From positions 124,001 to 188,000 of the forward strand of contig JAMDHS010000040.1 in the NCBI GenBank assembly GCA_029717555.1: a stretch of DNA of 64,000 bases, given 5' to 3'. The notes under the pieces were generated by a model. It saw only the letters and a program-made list of their open reading frames with translations. It did not search any database and had not been told where the DNA came from. Below are positions 12,578-25,000 of the stretch, piece by piece. Each line of letters starts with the position of its first letter. Within the stretch, counting starts at the first letter, position 1. The DNA is from Peribolospora baueri. Its lineage: Eukaryota. The position numbers and the translations under genes are program-made.

Positions 12578-13577
12578 TGGTTCCATGCAGTGGGACGCTC
12601 GAGCAGCCTATTCGCTCTGCCATTGTATAGGAGATGACGCTCTCGAGGGGAACTACGGGGTTAAGATGTCAAAGCCAGCTTTTGCAATTCGAGAATTTAT
12701 GGGTCTCCCCGAATCCAGAGAGAAACAAGCTGAGCGCGCGGTTTCATATCTGCATCTGTGCGCCGTAGGGTCCCCCTTAACCGTGCGTGGACAGCCTCGC
12801 TTTTCGACAAAGCCGTGACGGGGCGAGTGTAGCCCTTATGTTCTTGATATCAACCTTACGCCGGGGCTTGACCTAAGACAAAACACTGATAGATGCATTT
12901 AAGGAAGACAAATGCGTCCCAGGAACGGGAGATGTGAACCGTCGCTTCAGGAACCTCGCCCTCTTTCTGTCCGCTTGTGTCTATGGTCTCTGCAGCCGTG
13001 ACATTTTCAGATTCGAACGCTCGCCCTCAGATGCCTTGCCCGCGTAGGGAGCGGGGACCAGGGGGAAGCTATTCCATCGTCGCTGTGCAATACTACGAGC
13101 CGTCGACTCTGCAGCCCTACTTGCGAAGTCTCGCCGCGTTAGGCGTATTCTCCGCATAGGACAAGGGCGATGGCAGCGTCAGATGGGAACCAGCTCGATC
13201 ATTTGTCCGGGCTCCGAGCAGTGGAACAGCTGGTCCCTGCCAGCTTCGTCTCTTGTTCCCCTTCTATGGTCACCAGGTAGTCAACAGCGAACGAGTCGTC
13301 CCGTCTCTTCAAGAGTCATGACCGCCCATCGGAGCCATGATGCAGAAAGCGTCTAATAGGCTTAAGCTTGTCTCATCAGGTCGGTCGGTCGGTCGGTCGG
13401 TCGTGCAATTCTCTGGCCCGGTGAGAGACGGCCGTGGAGGGCAATGCGAGGGACCGAGCGTGTAGGGAACTCCTCATCCGCGGTCGGTAGGCGCATCCTT
13501 CATAGGTGGGTTCGCCTGATTTGATGAATTGGTCAGACTAGGCAGGCCATGGAACGGTCGAAAGGTGCCGAGGGCGT

Positions 13578-13641
13578 TGGGCTCAATGCCGGAGCAAGAT
13601 TCACACGGTCATGTCAATGAGGAATGCCGAGACGGCAGGCA
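13578..13641 (+). repeat. Copy 1 of a ~62 bp direct repeat (copy 2 at 14771-14832)
   Basis: TGGGCTCAATGCCGGAGCAAGATTCACACGGTCATGTCAATGAGGAATGCCGAGACGGCAGGCA, near-identical to copy 2. Confidence 0.92.
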
Positions 13642-14770
13642 AGATCGGCCGTTCCTGTCACTACCATAGGAGTCCTAGTTATATAACGGAAGAAGTTTAC
13701 AGAGACCGTATAAGGGAACAACAAACAACGATGTGAACTCTACTGTACTTTACACTGGTACAATGGCAAGATACGAGCCGTTGAAGCATTCCGAAGGAGA
13801 CGAGGTCCACAAATCTTGTCTCTGGGAGACTGCGTCAAGAGCATGCCCTCAGTTACAGTGCATACTTCATTGTTCGAGGACGTGGGTCGCCTCGGGTGGC
13901 AGAACGTCCAAAGTCAGTGAGTCCATTAGTCGCTAGCCTCATGCCCAAGTTCGGACGACCGTGCACCGAGTTGACGAGCACGAGCGGTTCGATGGGAGGG
14001 CAAGCATAAGTGCCTGCTCGCGGGTAACTCTGCACTCTGGACGTTCGCAAATGTGATACACCAAGCAGAGCACGAGTCGAGCCAGTGGCCACCGTCGTTC
14101 CTTAGGGCGCAAAGACGAACACGGTGGCGCTGACATGCTGTTCGGGTCCATATCGGCACTGCAACTGCGCTAACCCAAACGGGGAAAACGGACGAGCGAC
14201 ATTGCTGGAGCGGCAGGAGACGCTACATTACTTAGCCAAAGGGAAGCCGGGGCTAAAATAGCGATCTCTGTGGCTGCAAACTTGGTAAGATGTCTTAACA
14301 GACGAACCCGCCGCCGTCGACCCTCCGGATGGCTCCCGGACCTGGACGGAGGTTTCTGCCCAGACGCCAAACGGATGGTGCTGCCGGTGCACGAACTTGA
14401 TGGTCCAAAACGCTTCCTTGGCCAGACTGGCCGATGTGGCGCAGACAGCCGACGACTGGAATGAAACGCACGTTCAACGGTGAGCTGACGGGGTTTGATT
14501 CACACGCCATCGCGGGTGAAGAGCGACGTGAGCCATGCTAAGGTCGAACCTCTACCACGCCTTTGGCAGAGAGAAGCCCATTCTATGCTGTTGTAACCCA
14601 GTCTCCCGCCGTCCGCTGAGAGCCTCCGTTGAGAGGACATTTCGCAGTGCGACCGGACCAGCTGCCTGTTCGACTCGTCGTTGTGCGCCAGCGGGAAACA
14701 TCCTGAGTCGGCGCGCTCTCGCATCGCGGGCGCATTCCTCGTCGGCCTAACGTGTCCGGAAAGTCTTCCC

Positions 14771-14832
14771 TGGGCTCAATGCCGGAGCAAGACTCACGGT
14801 CATGTCAATGAGGAATGCCGAGACGGCAGGCA
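14771..14832 (+). promoter_or_regulatory. Copy 2 of the ~62 bp repeat, ~205 bp upstream of the CoA-ligase ATG; candidate upstream activating element
   Basis: Near-identical to 13578-13641; contains AATGCCG twice. The repeat is seen directly; the regulatory role is inferred from position only. Confidence 0.5.
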
Positions 14833-15036
14833 CGCCCGGCGGTGCGGCTTGAGGCAAGTTGATGCGCTCGCAGTCTGTGCGCATTAAAAGGAATGCGTGC
14901 ACCTCTCGCACGGCAGCGGCCATCGTCTCCGGCTTTCAGTTCCTCGTTCCCTTTACGACGACGGCTCCATCCCACGTTGATACCCAGGCGACCTTATCTG
15001 ACCTGAATCCTGACCAAAGCCGTCTGTCGGCTCGCC

Positions 15037-18000
15037 ATGCTGTTCCATAGCCTTTACCCGCCTGTGCCCTCCATCGTGGACTCGATCGACACGTACTCCT
15101 TTCTGTTCCACCACTTCCCACCTGACCGTCCCGACCCGCGCGGAACTGGCGTGCCTCTGGTCATCGACGATGAGACTGGCCAGAGATGGACCTTCGAGGA
15201 GTTTCGGGAAAGAGTTGACGCGCTGGCCGTCGGATTGAGGGACGAGATGGGAGTAGGTGAGTGTATAAAGCAGAAAGGAACGGCGGGGGGTGATGGACGA
15301 AAGTTCACGTCCTCCGGCTTGCATGGTCCGTCGGCGTGCGCTCCATTTCCGCGGCCGTCGTCCTATTGGCAAAGGTTGGGACACCACAGTGGCTCTGTGC
15401 TGCCCCAACGCCGTCGACTTCCTCACCGCAGTCTGGGCCGTCCATCGTTGCGGGGGCATCGTTTCCACTGCCAACCCTTCTTACTGCGCGAACGAGCTCG
15501 GTGAGGGCAGTGTTCTCTGGCTGCATAGCGAGAGAGTTAAAATACGCTCGCTGATACATTCTCGCGCGGACGGGCCATGCGTATGCGCATCCGTGAATCA
15601 TTGCCCTTCGTACGACGCGCGCCCAGCTTATCAGCTCAAGGAAGCGAAGGCCGAACTTCTCATCGTCGGCGACGGCGAAAATCAACGTCGGGTCGGCCTC
15701 GAGGCGGCAGCTAGCGTCTCGCTCCCGTCTCATCGTGTTCTCGTGCTTCAACAGCCGCGATCCTTCCAATCCGCGACGTCAGTGAACGGAGCTTCCTCTC
15801 TCCCTGCCAACGGCGCGACGAACGGAGTTGGCAATTCAAAAGCAATTGGCCCACCGTGCAGCCAAGGCGACCAGTTAAGGACTTTGACAAGTCTGATCGA
15901 AGCTGGTCGCGCGAGTTTGGCGGAGGCTCAGACGAAGGGAGGTGACAAGGCTCGCACCCAGCTACTCGAGAAAGGGCGGGCCGAGTTGACATCGGGCCAA
16001 GCGAGGACCAAGCTAGCTTTCCTCAGCTTCAGCTCCGGCACCACCGGTCTTTCAAAGGCAAGTATGCAGTGGACGGCCTAATGCGCTCGGCGAAGTCTCT
16101 GAGACAGAATAAGACTGACCCTCTCCTTACTTGCGCGGCATACCTTTGGATCCTCTCGGCTGGGCGTGTGCCTGCACTAGGCTGTTGCAATCCCGCACTT
16201 TTCCCTGGTTGCCAACACGCTCCAGATGATGGTCTTTAACGGCGTCCGTAATACCACGAATCACTGCGACGCTCCAAAGGACAGCCGATTCTTGCCTGGA
16301 CAAGACGGTGAGTGCTCTGCAACTGTCCCGTCTGTGTGCGGGAGAGCGTGCGTCCCGACCAGAGCGCCACGAGCTGGCATATTGACGATGTGGGTCAAAC
16401 ATCCTCGGTCCTGGATATCATATGCAAAGTGTCTCTGGGAGCTCTGCCCTTCTACCGTGAGTCCATGGCCCAGTCTTCAAGGTCGCCGGCGCTGCGGTGG
16501 AGAAAGTGTCGGCAGTACCACAGATCACTCAGCACTTCTGACCGCCGTGTCCTCCGTTCCTCGCGCGACGTTTACAGATATCTACGGTCTCATTGTCGGC
16601 TGCCACTTTACCTTTTATGCTGCCGTCGCCAACGCCGTCATCCCACGCTACGCCTTCGAGCCAATGCTGGAAAGCATCATCCGCCATCGCATTTCGGTCC
16701 TGTGGCTTGTCCCCCCGCAGATCATCCATTTCTGTAAGAACCCGGCAACGGAACGTCTCCGCGACGAGCTCCGGCAAGTTATCCGCATTGTCACCGTTGG
16801 CGCAGCGCCTCTTACAGACGACCAAGCCAAGACGTTTGCAAATATCTTCCCAGAGGCGGAATTTGGCCAGGCGTACGGTGAGGTCGCAAAATAATTGATC
16901 CCTCGGTCAAGTACTCACAGCCACCCTTGCCTTCGTCTTTTGGGTCCGTGGCTCCCCACAGGCTTGACCGAAACTGCGACGTGTGCGCTCATGTTTCCGC
17001 ACGAAGTCCGTCCCTCGATCGCGGGCTCGGCTGGTCGCCTTATTTCGAGCTGTGTCGCTAAAGTGGTGCGCCGGGACGGCTCTCTCTGTGGCTTCGACGA
17101 GCCAGGAGAGCTCTGCGTGCGTAGCCCGAGCAACTCGCTCGGTTATCCATATAACGATCAGGCGTGAGTGCCTTCGCAATCCTTTCCTTTGCGCGTCCCG
17201 TTTTCCGCTTGTTCGACGGTATAGGCGAGCTCGGCGCTTAGCCGCGATGTCGTCCTGCGTTGATTGACTATGCCGGTATGCCCCGTGCCGTTGCGATTGC
17301 AGTACCAAAGACGCCTTTGACGAGGATGGCTTTGTTCATACCGGTGACGAGGTCGTCATCAACAAGGCCGGCGATGTCTTTGTCATCGTAAGATGCCAAT
17401 TTTATGAACCCGACGCTGGGGAAGCCTCGTGTAAGCCCGCTGGACAACGAGACTGCTTGTTCCTGACTCTGTCTCGCATATCTCCAGGACCGGCTCAAGG
17501 AGCTGATCAAAGTCAAAGGGTTCTCGGTCGCACCTGCTGAGCTCGAGGGCTTCCTGCTTGAGCACCCCGCCGTCGCCGATTCCGGCGTCGTCCCCGTCAA
17601 GGACGAGGCCAGAGGTGAGGCGCCCTTAGCTTTTGTCAAGCTCACGCCAGAATATGAAAAGCGGGTGCGGGAGGCCGGGCCTCAAGAGGCACAGTGTCTA
17701 GCGGACGACATCGTGGACTTCGTCGCTCAGAACAAGGTGAGCTTCTGGTGGATTGCGGGGGGAGGCCAACACCAAGGCGAGCGCCGAAGCATTCGACTTC
17801 GGTACAATCCTCCTTTCCTTCTCCCGCGGGACAATCCATTCTGGGCTCACGACCCTCCTTTGACTCCCCGCCTCCATTGCTTCCATCTCTCCTAGGTTCG
17901 CTACAAGCACCTCACGGGCGGCGTCGAGTTTGTTCAAGCGATTCCCAAGACGCCATCCGGGAAGATGTACGTATCTTCCAGCACAGTGACGTGGTTCACA

Positions 18001-18159
18001 GGCCTGCATGTCAATCGGTCCAATGGCGATGGTGCCCACGCTGACGCGTACAGACTTTCGTCTCGTGCTACGTTGTCTCGTCATTCATCGCATGGCAGTC
18101 TCCGAAGGTTGCTACGCGAAGAAGCGAAGCGAGTCGTGCAGAACCGGACCAAAGTTTAA
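15037..18159 (+). CDS. 4-coumarate:CoA ligase-like / aryl-acid CoA ligase (ANL adenylate-forming family); multi-exon
   Basis: SFSSGTTGLSKAV (AMP-binding box I), GQAYGLTETA, GELCVRSP (similar to 4CL box II GEICIRG), FVHTGD, DRLKELIKVKGFSVAPAELE, IPKTPSGK; ends RTKV*. Confidence 0.9.
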
Positions 18160-18592
18160 AGAGGGGTGACAATCGTCACCATCTGCAGGTAGAGCGACGT
18201 CGGAACTGTTCAATTGGCGTCTTTCCTACGCCGATGACGGCGAAGCATTGAAGCGAGGTCGTGCGGTGGACCGCTCTCTTTCTTTCCCTTCCGACGCGAC
18301 ACATTTCTGTCTGGAAGAGAGAGGGCACTCTACATTCTTGTGCAAGTCAGGAAAGTCTATCTTTACGTTCAAGTCGAACTCTGCCTTGCTTGTCCCCCAG
18401 ACTTTGAAATTTGAGATTCGTGGAAAAATTCTCCTTCTCCGAGGGACATTTCTGTACATTAGAATCGAGAGGATGCGGACAACAATTAATATTAATTAAC
18501 ATACACATTCAGACGGGCCAAGACAATAGGACGAGGGGGGTTCACAAAAAAATACGGTCGAACACCTTAGAGGGCGAAGCAATCGAGAAAAC

Positions 18593-20445
18593 CTAATCTG
18601 ACTTGAAGTGACCTATGTTCGCCTTAATGCGCGCAGCCAGTTCGTGGACCATAGAAGGCTCGAGCCAGTGGTGATTAAACTGGAGCTGAAAGTTGAATTC
18701 GGAGTCAAACGTCCAGAGCATAAACCAGCTGTTGGGCAGGCGGCAAGAAGGTCAGCAAAGCGGGAACAGAAGCCGAAAGGAGACGAACGCAGCGCTGCTC
18801 ACGGGCTCGGCGTGTTGATGCGAGCGAAGAAGGACCAGTCGTCGATCTCGAGGCTCGAGCCGTCGTCGGGATTGCTTAGCCGAGGCGGAATACGCTGATC
18901 GATCACCCCAAGGGACGTCACGCCTGGAACGGGTTCGATGGGCCTGTAAGAGCAGGAAAGAACGCGGAACAAGCGGGATGGAGCCGAGGGTCAAGGAGCT
19001 GTCCCTCGCCGGGGAGTGTACTGGCATTTCTCCCGCTACTCACGGATTTGGCCCGGCGTTCTGCATCTGAGCGATCAGCGCCTCGCAGATGCCATCGCTG
19101 CACTGAGTGATGATTGGCGTCTGCATGCACTTCGCCAGCTCCGACGCCCACTTTTCAGCATAGGCATCCAACAACTTTCTCTTCTCGTCGGTCACGTCCT
19201 CCGGGTCGCTTGTCCTGACCACTTTGGCAAAGACGCGGCTGAAGAGGAAAGGCATGAAAGCGCAAAACCCGGGGGGGGCGAAAGGCAAAGACGGGTCGAG
19301 CCATCGTCGACTGTCGACGATGCAGGGCAAGGCGAAGCCTGAGGATGAATCCAAAGGGCACATTTCAATCATCCCCACGGCCAACGCAGCCACCAAAGCC
19401 GTGGTGACCGTGATCCCGCGGGACTTGCAGCCGTTGACCAGGCGGCGCGTGTCGGCTTTGGACAATGTGATCCGGGCGCGATCTGCGCGCCATGGACGAG
19501 ACGAGAGATCGCCGTCGGGGAGGGGCAGGACGATTCCGGGCTGTTTTCCCGGAAAGAAAGGTGAGACATCCCGTTTATTTCTGGGCCCGTCGGTACGTGT
19601 AGAAAGGGGGCGAGGACGAAGGATACGAGAGGAGAAAAGGGTCTCTCACCGCATTCTGCTGCAGCTCGGCAAGCTGCTCTGCCAAGAGGGCGTCCGCTTC
19701 TGCTGACGGCTTTTCCAAACCAAACGTCGCCAACACGGTGCAAGGCAAGCGCTTTATCTCGTTTCCCCAGGCCTCGTCGACAATGGAGCCGACGCCAAGG
19801 CCCAGGAGAGCCTTGACAAACGCAGCGATGATAATGTTGACTCCTCCGGCGTCTAGCATAGTGTGGTTGAAATGAAGCACCATCCCGACGCTCGTCCTCG
19901 ATCCATGTTGGGCGACTTGCGGCGCCGTCCAGTGCACGCATGCTGCAAAGCCATCGACGGAAACATGCCGAGACTGCATCAAGTCGTCATAGAGTTTGGC
20001 GTGTTCTGCGTGAGGGTGAAAGAACGTTGTCTTTTCCAGCCATTCCCGGGCCTCTTCTTCATTGCGGGGGACCTGATAGATGCACTTGCGGAACGGCGGC
20101 CTCGTTTCATCTTCCTCGAGCGTGCAGGCAATCTGCGGGTGAAGCTTTCGCAACGAGACCCATGCCTTTGGGATGCGCTCAACGAAACGGTCGGCGGGCA
20201 GGGACGTGACGACTTTGAAGGCGATCGCCAAGTTGAAGTGGCCCTCGACGAAGAGGTCGACGGCGTCGCAAAGCTTTTCGCCTCCCCATACGGGCCTGGA
20301 CGGACACCGAGGCGGTAAAGGTTGAGCAGCAGGAACGAAGCCCGAGTTCAAACTGGATGAAGATGCGTCAAGCGACTCACCTGGCCAGCTTCCCAGGTCC
20401 GACAGGCGTCCACGACTGGACTGGAGGTAGCGACAGCTCGGTCAT
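18593..20445 (-). CDS. CoA-dependent acyltransferase (HxxxD; alcohol acetyltransferase/Tri3-like fold); multi-exon
   Basis: Model MTELSLPPVQSWTPVGPGKLAR|PVWGGEKL...KAWVSLRKLHPQIAC...LHFNHTMLDAGG (HxxxD)...CKSRGITVTTALVAA...TSLGVIDQ...LWTFDSEFNFQLQFN...*, with consistent GT-AG introns. Confidence 0.75.
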
Positions 20446-21120
20446 GATCGGATTTTGGAGCCCGGATCGAGGTAGCGACGGCAGATGTAACGAGGCGGAG
20501 AAGCGAAAGCTCGACGAGTACGTCTCTCCGGAGTATACCCTCGAAGACGCTGGATATCTGTCTCTCTTTTGGCTGGCCCGGGCGTGTCAGAGCTCGGGGG
20601 GCTTTGCGCATGCTCCGTTTCCCTTCGTAGGCAGCCTTGCTCAGTCGGTCCTCGCGATCCGAGAGACACACGGCTCCACATTTGCGCGAACGAACACCCA
20701 GTTCGGCTCAGGTGCTGCCGAGGGACGCCGCCCGAGGCGCGATGCTGTTGCCTGTTGCCGATGTCCGGCGGCCCGCGGATGAATGCGGATCGACACGACG
20801 TTCCGCTGAAGCTTGACGTCTCCAGCGTGGGAGCAAACCAGGGGGAGCGGGGAAGGCTACTTTAGCGCGCGAGCGGTTAGCGTTAGCGTCAGCGTTCGAA
20901 CCAGCAGAGCAATTTAGACCCGCCAGTTCACTAGTTCGGTTCGACTGATCACGAAAGCGACTACGCAAGTCCACCTAGCGACGCCCCATGGGATCGCCAT
21001 GCGGTGCGACGGAATTAAGTTGCGTCGGTAGTGGAGCCTGAGCGCCAACGGTGGTACAAACTAGATATCGGGAGCCACGTGCACGTGCCTGGTCACGTTC
21101 CAGTTACGTTGCACGTGTCA

Positions 21121-21206
21121 TCCTTTCCGAGACGGAGGCTTTGCTCTCCACCGTGCCCTTGTCACGCTGCCCCGCTGCTCGGCCACACGCGCACAGTGTA
21201 GGAGTA
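21121..21206 (+). pseudogene. Duplicated fragment of a PAL coding exon (source ~1875-1963)
   Basis: TCCTTTCCGAGACGGAGGCTTTGCTCTCCA--CCGTGCCCTTGTCACGCTGCCCCGCTGCTCGGCCACACGCGCACAGTGTA versus PAL TCCTGTCCGAGACAGAGGCTTTGCTCTCCTCCCCGTGCTCTTGTCACGCTGCGCCGCTGCTCGGCCGCACGCGCACAGTGTA; about 90% identical by eye. Confidence 0.93.
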
Positions 21207-22039
21207 ACGTCGAGCCCGATCACTTCTGTCCGTCACATGTATGTTATGTCACCTAGAGAATGCAATTCTGTGCAACATCAAAATTTTTTCTCGCATCAAG
21301 CAAAGTCGTAGAGAATGCAGAAGTGCGCGACCTGTCAAAAAATGAGAGAAATCCAATCTGTGAGTGCTGAGATATGATGAAGGAAGTGTGGCGAACGGCG
21401 GCCAAGAAGCATTTCACACGTCACTGCCAAACCGCCGTTAAGCATTGTCCTTAAGTGAAGTCACTCAAATCTCAAGTGATTCTTGCAGTTTTTTATGTGA
21501 GCATATTCACCAAAGAGCGAGCTCTCTATTCATATAGAAATGGAGGCATGAATTGATCATAATTGAGGAAATATGGGAGGGGGTTCGAGGCAGGGTCCGA
21601 CGCATGGATGTTGGTCGCTGTCGCGCACCGGTACTTGGTAACGACGAGATCGCCGGCCTCACAGCATTTACACTGATATCTACGAGGCCGTTGACCTGGG
21701 GTTGGGATGGACGTGGTACGCCATACTCGAGAGAACTCCGTTCGGATCAAGGTGTTCCAGTTACAACTATGAGACCAGCTGAGAGGAGATCCGCTCCTGT
21801 AAGTGGGCACGCCTCTAGGCGTGCATCCGGTATCGGCTCGCCCGGCCGCCGTCTACCCGGATACCAGTCACGTGCGGACCTGCGCGTGACCAGGCACGTG
21901 CGACTATCCCGCCAGGTGGGAATCCGCCACTGCGCCCACGCCGCCGCCGCCGGCCCCTCGTATGAGGCGCCGTCGCTGTGCCCCTATGTAGTTATACTCG
22001 ATCCATCACATATGTACCTGGTCGCACAAGTGTCTTAAA

Positions 22040-25000
22040 GTGCATGAAGCACGACATGGCTGAGATGATCATGAAGCTCGGTGCCCACCCTGACAAGACC
22101 TCATGGCAGGGCATCCTTGTCAAGGCCAAGGATTACGAGGAATCGATGCGGTTCACTCGTGCCTTTCTGCGTGACAGGAAGGCAGAGAAGACCCCCCTTG
22201 GCAGTTCGCCAGGAGGGGGCAACCCCTCTAGCTGCCCAGCTCAAGGCGCTGGATGACATAAAGGGTCAAGCCTTGGCACACCGGTCAAGGCTTCGAGCAT
22301 GCCACTGCGCGCTCTCGCTTGCAATACGAGCAGCGGGCCACCGCCGCTCGAGCTGCTGGTCGAGCAGCTCCTAAGTCAACCGACTTGAGTCGAGACCAAT
22401 GTGCTCGATGCAAGAAGGTCGGCCATTGGGCAAGCGAGTGCCCATTACGCCTGCGAGTCAACAAGGTGTATTGGGACACCAGTGACGAGCATGGCAGCCA
22501 TGGGGGAGATGACCCGCATGAGGACTCGGTACCCAGTCAGGGTGACGAGGAGACTGATGTCATGTTGCACGACATCGACGACCGCCTTGCCGAAGTGTTT
22601 GAGATGGCGGCGGCGGTCGATGAGGACCACCTCGATGATGAGTACGTTGTCGACGTGGACCCTCCTGACCTAGCGGCCAGCTAGGTCCATCGAGCCGGCT
22701 CTGCAGCAAAGCCCAGTTCGCTGGAGCCGGATCCCGTGCTTAGCAACGCTAAGCACAAGATGCCATTGGGGCAAGCGTCGCCAATGGCAGCGAAACGACT
22801 CCCCGGCGTTCCGCCCCTACTTGCCCCGGTGCAAGTAGATGGTCAAACAGCACTCGTGCTGTTTGACACGGGGTCAACTATCGACCTCATATCGTCTTCA
22901 TGGCTTGACGTACACCAGAAGAAGACATATGCCCTCCGCGAACAGGAGGTCATTCAGCAGGCCATGACTGGGTCTAAGGCCAAGCTGACTCGTGCGTACG
23001 AGGCGCACGTCACTTGCGGACCCATCGTCCGTGAGAAGACATACTTTGATATCGGTCCTCTTGACCGGCAGGAGGTCATCTTCGGCACTGCCTGGATGAA
23101 GAAGAACGATGTTCTTCCGGATCTTGTTAATAACAAGATCTTGTTCCGACATCACGGCGTCAAAATCCGCGGTTGGACACAAGCCCAAGCGCGACAGGGA
23201 GCACTGGCTTCCCTGACACGTAACGGTGAACTGTTACATACGGAGTCCGGACCTCAACCTGGAGATCCGGAATGCCCGGCGGAAGTCGTTCGACGCCGTG
23301 AGTGGTGGATCAAGCGCACCACCGATATCTGGGGTGAGATCCCTCTCATCCTGCTGCCCTGGTGAACGATCAATCATCGCTTAAAGCTGATTGACCCATC
23401 CTTTCGCTATGTGAAGAGATATCCGAAATGCCCAGAGGCATTCTGGCAGCAGCTCAGTGATAAAATTGAGCGCTATACCAAGGCGGGTTGGTGGGAAGAG
23501 GTCCACACTGACAACGCTGTACTGCTCTTGTGCATCCCAAAGAAGACCGGGAAGCTCCGTACTGTGGTAGACGCTCGTCAGCGCAATGACAATACAGTTA
23601 AGGACATGACGCTTTTTCCGGATCAGGATGTGATCCGGATGGCCGTGGCTCGTGCACGAGTGCGCGCGAAGCTCAACATGTTCGACGCGTACGAACAGAT
23701 CCGTGTCGTACGCGAGGATGTAGCGAACACAGTGTTCGTTATGATATATGGGACGTACGCTTCCCATGTGATACAGCAAGATGATTGCAACGCCGTTGTT
23801 ACATTTCAGCGTCTTATGACACATCTCTTCGCCGTACATCGGCAAGTTCGTCCATGTTTACCTAGACGATATCTTCGTGTTCTCTGACATACCCGAAGAG
23901 CATGAAGAGCACCTTCATATCGTCTTCGACGTTCTCCGGAACGCGAAGATGTACTTAGCCAAGGCTAAGGTGGACTTGTACTCCGAGTCCATGGATTGCC
24001 TAGGCTTCCACGTGGATGACAAAGGTCTCCACGCTGGCGACGATAAGCTCAGTGCGCTATCATCATGGCCACAGCCGAAGAAAGTGCATGAGATGCAGCG
24101 GTTCTTGGGTATGGTACAGTACCTCGTCCAGTTCCTTCTGGAACTGAGCCGGTATGCCGGCCCGCTCTCTATGCTCACACATAAAGGCTGGAAATATGAA
24201 TGGCAGCCCATTCATGCAGACGCCTTCCAGGCGATCAAGCGCCTGGTTGCCCATGCGCCTGTCTTGCGACCCATTGACCCGGGTCGCCGTGAACGGATAT
24301 TCGTTCACTGGGACGTAAATATCGCTGGCATCGTGGCAATGTATGGCCAAGGGCCTTCGTGGAAGCGAGTCCGCCCCGCCGGCTTCCATAGCCATACGTT
24401 CATGCCTGCGCAAGTGAACTATAGGACTCACGAGCAGGAACTGCTCGCGATCCTTGAAGCCCTAATGAAGTGGGTAGACCAGCTCCTTGGCCGCCACTTC
24501 ACGGTCATCGCCGACCATGATAGCCTCGAGGTGCTCAAGCAACAGAGCACGCTCTCGAGGCAACACGCGCGATGGCTTGAATACCTATCACGCTTCGATT
24601 TTAACATACAATATGTTGAAGGTGTAATGCACGTCGTCGCCGACGCGCTATCTCGCCTTCATGAGGCGAGCGAACCGTCCGCCGAGCTCCCAGCGTACGC
24701 CTGCATCGATGCAGATCGACGTTTAGACCTGGAGGCCGAGGATCTCCCACCTCCGGTTACGCCGCCGTCCACGTTGCTGAGCCCACTGCTCCTCAATGCC
24801 GTGCAGCGTGCCTTGCCCCCATCCGTGGGCGACGTTCCCCTTCCAGATGCCCCCGCGACCACGTTGTTCGACCTCAACGACATTAGCCCTCAGTTTCCTG
24901 AGGCGTACAAGACTCACCCAGTCTTGTCTAAAGCCATCGCGCGCCCGGATGACTTCATGACCTCACAGTCGGTGATGGTTTCCTATATACGAATAACCGT

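Noticed and set aside
13376..13403. (GGTC)n microsatellite
   Set aside because: Ordinary simple repeat.
14315..14750. Exon-like stretch ending in a GTGAG donor upstream of the CoA ligase
   Set aside because: Could be a gene relic, but I cannot assign a family; needs BLASTX.
22682..22684. Single in-frame TAG between gag and pol, suggesting programmed readthrough
   Set aside because: The element is full of stops and frameshifts, so a CAG-to-TAG mutation is the simpler explanation.
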